In this document: positions 57,866 to 64,000 of the stretch, one piece after another | Layout of the letters: each line of letters opens with the position of its first letter | Position numbering within the stretch: position 1 is the first letter of the stretch | DNA from: Prevotella sp. | Lineage (GTDB): Bacteria; Bacteroidota; Bacteroidia; Bacteroidales; Bacteroidaceae | Assembly: GCA_034183335.1 (NCBI GenBank) | Contig: JAXFLJ010000015.1 | Location: 3,300-67,299 of the forward strand | Direction: 5' to 3' | Length of the DNA stretch: 64,000 nt | Made by a program: the position numbers and the translations under genes | The notes under the pieces: generated by a model | Told to the model about the DNA's origin: nothing | Database searches by the model: none | Seen by the model: only the letters and a program-made list of their open reading frames with translations

Positions 57866-59152
57866 TTATTTCCTTTGTTCAAAAAGCCATTCCCTGATTG
57901 GTTCAATGCTATATGCTACGCGCCATGTGTTGCGATGACCGCTGGCTCCGGCAGTGTCTGCACCGGGCAAGAACACAGTTCCTTTATCGAATACAGTATA
58001 TTTAATGGGATTGTTTTCCGCTACAATCTTGTCATATGCAAAGCGATATTGATTGTCGTTCCATTTCGCATCCCAAATGGCACGGCTTATCTTTGATCCT
58101 TCTTTTTCCAACCGATGGGTAATTGCGTTTTCGCCGGGGAATGCTCCCAAATCATCGGCAGAAACCATTATCCACAACTTCTTGTTCGCTAATGGGGCGA
58201 CCAAGTCTGGATTCCATTGTCCGGCTACAAGATATGCAGCCGCAAACAAATCGGGATATTTTATATTCATGGCAATGGACATCATGCAGCCACCCGATTG
58301 CCCGATAGTATAGATACGGTTGCTGTCTATTTTGTATTGTTTCGTGAGTGCATCAATCAGTCGGATTGTCGTTTCGAGCATTGTCGATGCCTGAGAATTG
58401 TCATCGACAATAATCTCGTCATACTGTGGAGCCAACACAAAGCACGGACGCTTGGCCTGTTCTTCAGGACTTGCCCAGATAACAGCCCCTAATCCCTGAA
58501 AAAGTGTTGCCCGATGGTATTCGCTGGTTACACCTGCATCGTGCATGAAAAGCACTAAAGGCAGTGGTTCATGATTATGATTTTGGGGGATGAAAAGATT
58601 GTATCGCAGGACTCGGCCCGTTGTCGGATCTTTGAAAGTCAGTTGCTGAAAATCATCAACGATAAGGTTTTTCACTTCTGTTGTTGCTATTGTCTTTCCG
58701 TTATTTAGTCTTACGGTCGCTTCTGCCGTTCGAAATGCGATATTCTCGGACAGCTTGTCGCCTGCCACCCATTTCTTTCCCTTTTGTTTTGGACTTGAAC
58801 TTGTAGTCGCATTGCTCATGGCCACCTTGTAAGATAAGGGTGTGTCATCATCATTGGGAGAAAAATATAAAATGAGGTATTTGCCTCTTTCAACCTTATC
58901 GGTCAAGCTGACAGTGTTTGTCGTGTATATCTCAGTGATGGTACGTCCCTCTACGGAAAAATCGGAATTGGAGAAATCAAGTGCCGATACGGCCTGGGAG
59001 TATTCCAAAGCTACGGCTGCCAACCTCACGCCACTGCCAACGACCTTTGTAATGGCTATGGCTTTCTTTATCTCAGGAGAATTGGCATGTGCAAAGGTAT
59101 TTGCAATGAAAACCATGATAATGCTGAAAAACAATCTTTTTATTACTTTCAT
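57866..59152 (-). CDS. secreted alpha/beta-hydrolase esterase with Ig-like N-terminal domain
   Basis: Signal peptide (...ANTFAHA), N-terminal beta-rich domain, nucleophile elbow GQSGG and a LVLFMHDAG oxyanion-region pattern. TAtcTTTG box at 59225-59232. Confidence 0.7.
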   Translation of the reverse strand: MKVIKRLFFSIIMVFIANTFAHANSPEIKKAIAITKVVGSGVRLAAVALEYSQAVSALDFSNSDFSVEGRTITEIYTTNTVSLTDKVERGKYLILYFSPNDDDTPLSYKVAMSNATTSSSPKQKGKKWVAGDKLSENIAFRTAEATVRLNNGKTIATTEVKNLIVDDFQQLTFKDPTTGRVLRYNLFIPQNHNHEPLPLVLFMHDAGVTSEYHRATLFQGLGAVIWASPEEQAKRPCFVLAPQYDEIIVDDNSQASTMLETTIRLIDALTKQYKIDSNRIYTIGQSGGCMMSIAMNIKYPDLFAAAYLVAGQWNPDLVAPLANKKLWIMVSADDLGAFPGENAITHRLEKEGSKISRAIWDAKWNDNQYRFAYDKIVAENNPIKYTVFDKGTVFLPGADTAGASGHRNTWRVAYSIEPIREWLFEQRK

Positions 59153-59224
59153 ATCCTATTTATTTACTGTGTTTGCAATGAATTCTTGTCAACTAATGAC
59201 CCTTCATTTGTCATCGAACCTCTG

Positions 59225-59232
59225 CAAAGATA
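59225..59232 (-). promoter_or_regulatory. -7 box TAtcTTTG upstream of the esterase gene
   Basis: 73 nt upstream of the ATG at 59152, between the gene and the flanking repeat. Confidence 0.45.
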
Positions 59233-59284
59233 CATTATTTTTTTTGTTTAGATAGCGTTGTCCTTTGTGGAAAATATACATTAA

Positions 59285-59703
59285 ATCCCAATCGGTCATA
59301 TGAGACTGTCCTGCTTTTGTTCGGATGTCGGGCAGATTGTCTGTCGGTTTTGGAGTAACCCAACATGATGCCCACATCAGCAAGTACCCGGGTTCGGTGA
59401 CTTTGGCGAAGGATTCTTGACGGACAGACACAGGGTCTGTCCCTACATTTTCACGCTTATTTTTCCATTATATAATAACATTGGTGTGTTGTTATTGCTG
59501 TCGTCATCGTAGAAACAGACCCTGTGTCTGTCCGAAATATCACACGTCTGTACGAAACATCATATGTCTATCGGTTTTGCCAAAGGCATAACGGGCTACA
59601 CCAAGGAAAAAAGATAGAGAAGCTGTCGACAATCGGACGAAAGCTGTCGGGAAGTAACATCATCAGTGAAGAGTATAGCATTGGCGGTTTAATGATTGGT
59701 TGG
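59285..59703 (+). mobile_element. family-1 element carrying the M2 module (right flank of the esterase gene)
   Basis: Left terminus ATCCCAATCGGTCATATGAGACTG, right terminus GGCGGTTTAATGATTGGTTGG. Confidence 0.75.
59422..59533 (+). repeat. M2 module with one 44-bp unit and a decayed right arm
   Basis: Left arm GGACAGACACAGGGTCTGTCCCTAC (59422-59446). Right arm GTAGAAACAGACCCTGTGTCTGTCC (59509-59533) has GGG changed to AAA. Confidence 0.8.
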
Positions 59704-59836
59704 AGATAACCATGAAACAAAGACAAATGGTTTTTTCTTGATATGGCATGCTGTCTGAGAGTACGAATGGCGGTCTTAAAAGTGAAATAGTCTGCCCATT
59801 CGCAAAATCATTTCCCCCTTTGTTCTTATGCAAACA

Positions 59837-59880
59837 ATAAGGTGTCGAACTGCTTTCTTATACAGAATCGACACCTTATT
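59837..59880 (-). terminator. hairpin about 140 nt downstream of rny
   Basis: Perfect 13-bp stem AATAAGGTGTCGA / TCGACACCTTATT. The tail is only moderately T-rich. Confidence 0.5.
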
Positions 59881-60018
59881 ATATATATACTGTCAACCGA
59901 ATGGTTTCGTGTAATGGACTATTCAAATAAACTTTTGTGCCCCGTTATGCCTGCTGTCTTATTCAAGATGAAGACAAGGGCATGCCCTTGGAAAACGGCA
60001 AAGGTCTATAGACTGTGC

Positions 60019-61557
60019 TTATTTTGCATAAGCAACGGAACGAGTCTCGCGGATAACGGTGATTTTCACCTGTCCCGGATATGTCATTTCCGTTTGTATC
60101 TTGTTGGCTATTTCGCTTGACAGAGCCTCGGAATCCTTGTCGTCCATCTTGTCTGCTCCCACGATAACGCGCAATTCACGTCCGGCTTGGATGGCGTATG
60201 TCTTGGTTACGCCCGGATAGCTCATGGCTATGGCTTCCAAGTCATTCAGACGTTTAACGTATGCTTCAACAATTTCGCGTCGTGCACCCGGTCTTGCGCC
60301 TGAAATAGCATCGCAAACCTGTACTATCGGAGCCAAAAGCGTGTTCATTTCCATCTCGTCATGGTGTGCGCCGATTGCGTTGCAGATGTCTGGTTTTTCC
60401 TTGTATTTCTCGGCAATCTTCGCTCCGTAAAGTGCGTGCGGCAATTCGCTCTCCTCATCGGGAACTTTGCCAATGTCGTGCAATAAGCCGGCTCTTTTGG
60501 CTTTCTTGGGATTCAATCCCAGTTCTGATGCCATTACGGCACAAAGGTTGGCAGTTTCACGAGCATGTTGCAAGAGATTTTGTCCGTAGGAAGAGCGGTA
60601 TTTCATCTTGCCCACAATGCGGATGAGTTCGGGATGCAGACCATGTATGCCCAAGTCGATGACCGTTCTCTTGCCGGTTTCTATGACTTCGTTTTCTAAT
60701 TGCTTGGAAACCTTGGCTACCACTTCCTCGATTCGGGCGGGATGAATGCGTCCGTCTGCTACAAGTTGATGCAGGGCGAGGCGGCATACTTCACGACGGA
60801 TAGGGTCGAAAGCCGAAATGACAATGGCTTCGGGTGTGTCGTCTACCACGATTTCTACTCCGGTGGCGGCTTCCAGTGCACGGATGTTTCGTCCTTCGCG
60901 ACCGATGATGCGTCCTTTTACCTCATCATTGTCTATATGGAACACACTTACTGAGTTCTCTATTGCCGTTTCTGTGGCTACTCTCTGAATGGTCTGAATG
61001 ACAATCTTCTTTGCCTGAGCGTTGGCGTTGAGCTTAGCCTCGTCGATAATTTCGTTGACGTAGCTTGCCGCATCCATTTTTGCCTCGTCTTTGAGACTTT
61101 CCACAAGCCTGTTCTTGGCTTCTTCTGCGCTCAGTCCTGAGAGTTCTTCGAGTTTTTCACGTTCTTTCTGCTGCATTTTCTCCAGTTCTTCACGTTTCAT
61201 TTGCAGCATTTTCTTTTCGTTTTCGATACGCTGTTGTCCCTGCTCTACCTCCTGTTTGCGCCGTCCGATTTCCTCTTGTCGTTGGTTAAGGGATATTTCT
61301 CGTTGTTTCAGGCGGTTTTCGCTTTGCTGTATCTTAGAGTTTCTTTGCTGTACTTCTTTCTCCAGTTCGGCTTTTTTATTGATGAATTTCTCTTTCACCT
61401 CCAGCAGCTGTTTCTCTTTAATTACCTCTGCTTCTTTCTTAGCGGCGGCAATTGTTTCTTCATATATCCCTTTCATGACGTAGCGGAATATAAAGTATCC
61501 GGCTGTTCCTCCGATAAAAAAGCAGGAAACCGAGACAATTAATGCTAATATACTCAT
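60019..61557 (-). CDS. rny: ribonuclease Y
   Basis: N-terminal TM helix, a long Lys/Glu coiled coil, a KH domain ([15 protein letters not shown]) and an HD domain (LLHDIGK). Confidence 0.95.
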   Translation of the reverse strand: MSILALIVSVSCFFIGGTAGYFIFRYVMKGIYEETIAAAKKEAEVIKEKQLLEVKEKFINKKAELEKEVQQRNSKIQQSENRLKQREISLNQRQEEIGRRKQEVEQGQQRIENEKKMLQMKREELEKMQQKEREKLEELSGLSAEEAKNRLVESLKDEAKMDAASYVNEIIDEAKLNANAQAKKIVIQTIQRVATETAIENSVSVFHIDNDEVKGRIIGREGRNIRALEAATGVEIVVDDTPEAIVISAFDPIRREVCRLALHQLVADGRIHPARIEEVVAKVSKQLENEVIETGKRTVIDLGIHGLHPELIRIVGKMKYRSSYGQNLLQHARETANLCAVMASELGLNPKKAKRAGLLHDIGKVPDEESELPHALYGAKIAEKYKEKPDICNAIGAHHDEMEMNTLLAPIVQVCDAISGARPGARREIVEAYVKRLNDLEAIAMSYPGVTKTYAIQAGRELRVIVGADKMDDKDSEALSSEIANKIQTEMTYPGQVKITVIRETRSVAYAK

Positions 61558-61657
61558 AATCTTTGTTTATGTTGTTTGATATTCTCTTGTTTTACATGAG
61601 GATGACGTGGCTGGTCGCAAGGGTGGGTTTGGAAGAGGAAAAAACATATATGGTTTT

Positions 61658-61975
61658 TCACTTTGTGTCTGTCTTCTCGCCCAGTGCGTCCTCGATTTCT
61701 GAAGTAATTTTGCCGAGAATATCTACAATAGGTGCAACATCGTTGCGTTTTTCCATCTTAACAAATCTCAGTGCAATGTCTATGAGTGACATGTAGAGCA
61801 ATTCCTTGTTGCTTTTCTTTCCCTCGTACAGGCTTGCGTATCTGTTGATGATTTCTGTTGCAAGTTTGGCTGCTTTCCGATAGAGTTCTTCTTCCTCGCG
61901 GTTGATGTTCACGGGAATATCCTCATCATATACATGCAGTCTTATATGTAATCTCTCTTTGTTTCCTTCAGGCAT
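61658..61975 (-). CDS. zapA: cell division protein ZapA
   Basis: About 105 aa and upstream of rny, as in most Bacteroidota. Start set at MPEGNKERLHI (61975), downstream of the preceding gene's stop at 62007. The track start at 62044 would overlap that gene. Confidence 0.65.
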   Translation of the reverse strand: MPEGNKERLHIRLHVYDEDIPVNINREEEELYRKAAKLATEIINRYASLYEGKKSNKELLYMSLIDIALRFVKMEKRNDVAPIVDILGKITSEIEDALGEKTDTK

Positions 61976-62006
61976 CTTGTTAGCGTTTTCTGACAAATCC
62001 CACACG

Positions 62007-62300
62007 TCACTTCTCGGCCAAAAGGGTGATGCACTTATTGACATCCCTTATCAGTTTGGCCAGTCTTGCCTTGGCTTTTTCGATGTCCCTGTCGGCAATT
62101 TCTACCATCTTGGCCATCTTGAGCGAATTGTAATCGTCTTGAATCGAGACCATCTGGGCTTGCAGTCGGTCTATTTCATCGGTGCATTCCTTTACTTTCT
62201 CGTGCAGCCGGTCATTCTCCTGTTTTACTTCCTTGTAGTGGAGAATCATCTGACGGACGCGAGTAGTAAACAATACCAATGCTTTCTCTTCGTCACCCAT
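62007..62300 (-). CDS. coiled-coil protein upstream of zapA (function unproven, possibly division-associated)
   Basis: 97 aa with heptad-rich sequence (EVKQENDRLHEKVKECTDEIDRLQAQM...). Co-oriented and tightly spaced with zapA-rny. Confidence 0.55.
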   Translation of the reverse strand: MGDEEKALVLFTTRVRQMILHYKEVKQENDRLHEKVKECTDEIDRLQAQMVSIQDDYNSLKMAKMVEIADRDIEKAKARLAKLIRDVNKCITLLAEK

Positions 62301-62412
62301 ACATTACAATTTGCCTACAAAATTACTTGAATAATTTGAAAAAGCCAAATATATTGCATCGTAAATTGAATATACGGCAGGATTTGCCGAAGTAGAGCTG
62401 CCTTACTGACGA

Positions 62413-63045
62413 TTAGTTCTTGGCTGTTTCCTCTTCTTTCTTCTTGGGTTCTTTCTTGGCCAGCAAGACAATTTGCGACACGTAGTCGGTTACCCATTGC
62501 TGGCTGAAACCCAGACGATTGTTGTACTGTCTGACAGAAAGTACCGCCTTGATGACCCCGGCATCCTTGAAGTCGTTCTTGTGGAAGATGTCGTCTACTG
62601 TCTTTTGCGTCATGCCGTAGATGGTCTTTTTGAAGATGGAAGGCATTCTGAGCTTAAACTTCATGAGGTTGCCCAACAGCAACATTAAGTCTTGTGAGAA
62701 ACCCTGAAACTGAAGCATGTAAGTCTGCACATCCTGTATCTTCCGGCAGTTCTTTTTGATGCTTGCATCGATTTCCTTGAAGAAGTTGTCATTGGTGCCG
62801 TAAAACTCCCTCAGCATCTTCTTGCACTGGTTTCTCTCGCCCAGTCCGAGTTTGTTGTTGAGTGTCGGCACACGCAGTGTAGCCTTGAACACGCGCAGGT
62901 CGGGCAGCATGGCCAAGTTGGTGATGCCCATGTTGGCAGCTATCGAGGCTTGGAAATACACCCTTATGAGGGTCATATAGTCTTCCATGCCTCCTGTTCT
63001 ACTCTCTTGTTCTTTCGGTTTGAAGAGTTTTGAAAATATTCCCAT
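62413..63045 (-). CDS. hypothetical protein (210 aa, Lys-rich C-terminal tail)
   Basis: Clean ORF with a TAatTTTG box at 63100-63107 (55 nt upstream). I recognise no family motif. Confidence 0.55.
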   Translation of the reverse strand: MGIFSKLFKPKEQESRTGGMEDYMTLIRVYFQASIAANMGITNLAMLPDLRVFKATLRVPTLNNKLGLGERNQCKKMLREFYGTNDNFFKEIDASIKKNCRKIQDVQTYMLQFQGFSQDLMLLLGNLMKFKLRMPSIFKKTIYGMTQKTVDDIFHKNDFKDAGVIKAVLSVRQYNNRLGFSQQWVTDYVSQIVLLAKKEPKKKEEETAKN

Positions 63046-63099
63046 GGTTTATTCAAATAATGATATGTTGTTTGTCTGTGATGCAGACAAAATGTTGTG

Positions 63100-63107
63100 C
63101 AAAATTA
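63100..63107 (-). promoter_or_regulatory. -7 box TAatTTTG upstream of the 210-aa hypothetical gene
   Basis: 55 nt upstream of the ATG at 63045. Confidence 0.45.
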
Positions 63108-63235
63108 CAATAAAAAGATAGAACAGCAAAATAAAACCCATGCTTTCGCATTTGTTAGTCTCTTACAGGCAGATTTTGAACTTTCTCTCGACTGACAAAG
63201 GTGTTTGACTTGCTTCTTTGTCGGCTTTTGTTTTT

Positions 63236-63358
63236 CAAGAATTGGTCTTTTGTAAAAAAAGAATGAATAGCCAGTTTTTTATCCGTCGAAAACCGTCTTT
63301 TTTCAACTCTCATTCGACATTTTTTCCAACCAATTTTTGCTCTTTGATTAAGCTCAAG
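63236..63358 (+). repeat. family-3 intergenic repeat, copy 2
   Basis: Collinear with 48006-48128, in the same orientation and the same type of context (between two minus-strand genes). Confidence 0.6.
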
Positions 63359-63473
63359 CGTTAACCTGTTTGGCTTAATTGCCTTAGGCCCAGCTCTGTG
63401 GCATGTCTGCATGTTGACCAAGATGCTCGCGTGAGATGCTTGTCTGGCTTTGTGATTGTGTGCTTCAGGGCGA

Positions 63474-63638
63474 CTATGCCACTGTGAAGTAGTTGAAATA
63501 GATGTAGATGAGAGCGGCGATGATGATAAGCAGTACGATGGATTTGACAAGACAGCTGGCCAGTTTTTTCATGATGAGAAAAGCCACGATGATTACAACG
63601 AGGGCAAAAATGAAGTATGCTATGTTTTCTGTTGCCAT
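63474..63638 (-). CDS. possible 54-aa two-TM membrane peptide
   Basis: Hand-translated: MATENIAYFIFALVVIIVAFLIMKKLASCLVKSIVLLIIIAALIYIYFNYFTVA. It is below the ORF-track length cutoff, co-oriented with and downstream of the rluA-like gene. Confidence 0.35.
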   Translation of the reverse strand: MATENIAYFIFALVVIIVAFLIMKKLASCLVKSIVLLIIIAALIYIYFNYFTVA

Positions 63639-63739
63639 AAGACGGAAGGTGATGATAGATTGGATGAAATGAGCTTGTTAGTTGAACGTTTTGTGCGATA
63701 ATAATGCATGAGGTTTTTTGTGCATTGAAAGCCATGGCG

Positions 63740-64000
63740 TTATTTGAACAGATGCCTGAAAGACGGAGGTATCGGGGTTTCAAATTCCATGCGTTCTCGG
63801 GTGACGGGATGGTAGAAACACAAGAGATATGCATGCAGGCAGAGACGGTGCACAGGGTCGTCTCCGTTGCCATATTTGGGGTCGCCGCAGATGGGATGTC
63901 CCATATCTTTGGAGTGGACACGTATCTGATTCTTGCGTCCGGTTTCCAAACGATACTCCACGAGTGAATGCTCGGTAGTGCGGGCAAGCGTGCGGAAGTG
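63740..64000 (-). CDS. RluA-family pseudouridine synthase, partial (N-terminus beyond the right window edge)
   Basis: The frame is open to the window edge. LVEYRLETGRKNQIRVH matches the conserved GRxHQIRVH block, followed by GDPKYG ... LHAY. Confidence 0.8.
   Translation of the reverse strand, partial: HFRTLARTTEHSLVEYRLETGRKNQIRVHSKDMGHPICGDPKYGNGDDPVHRLCLHAYLLCFYHPVTRERMEFETPIPPSFRHLFK

Noticed and set aside
57866-59152. Compositional (GC) anomaly of the repeat-flanked esterase gene as evidence of horizontal transfer.
   Set aside because: Spot counts of a few 60-nt lines gave 43-48 percent GC, which is not visibly different from neighbouring genes. A proper windowed calculation is needed before making any claim.
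63361-63987. 208-aa minus-strand ORF spanning the end of the rluA-like gene and the small membrane ORF.
   Set aside because: It is in a different frame from the clear RluA C-terminus (GRKNQIRVH). It is very His/Ser/Cys-rich and overlaps two better candidates.

Overview
This is a core-chromosome window from a Bacteroidota genome, probably a Prevotella-like Bacteroidales. That assignment is an inference from gene content, TAnnTTTG -7 promoter boxes in front of most transcription units, and a T9SS C-terminal sorting domain. I call 46 protein genes and 2 tRNAs (Val-TAC, Gln-CTG), and nearly all of the genes are housekeeping. They include miaB, ppiD, recO, mdh, gltX, waaA, rsfS-ftsH-cdsA, a cobQ-cobD-glsA-cbiB operon, ftsX-uppP-truB-queA-folK, an RND efflux operon, lpxA, mtnN-luxS-sugE, aroB and rny-zapA. 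I found no CRISPR array, transposase, integrase, prophage or recognisable defence or toxin genes. The unusual content is non-coding. A very dense, modular family of MITE/REP-like repeats (termini CCCCAATCGGTCATGAG) has at least 10 copies or fragments. Some copies carry one of two nested structured modules. The first is an array of four GTACCA-N5-TGGTAC hairpins with a 22-nt period, present in 3 copies. The second is a pair of self-palindromic GGACAGAC-N5-GTCTGTCC arms enclosing a 44-bp repeat whose copy number varies (3, 2, 1, 1). Two inverted copies bracket an esterase gene. There is also a 23-bp x 9 tandem array of palindromic units between lpxA and a 1471-aa T9SS adhesin-like gene, and a second repeat family with TTGCAAAAG sites upstream of that adhesin. 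I could not identify a novel protein-coding system. The repeat architecture is the best candidate for something undescribed, and it needs genome-wide and RNA-level checks that I cannot run. Repeat boundaries are accurate to about +/-10 bp.
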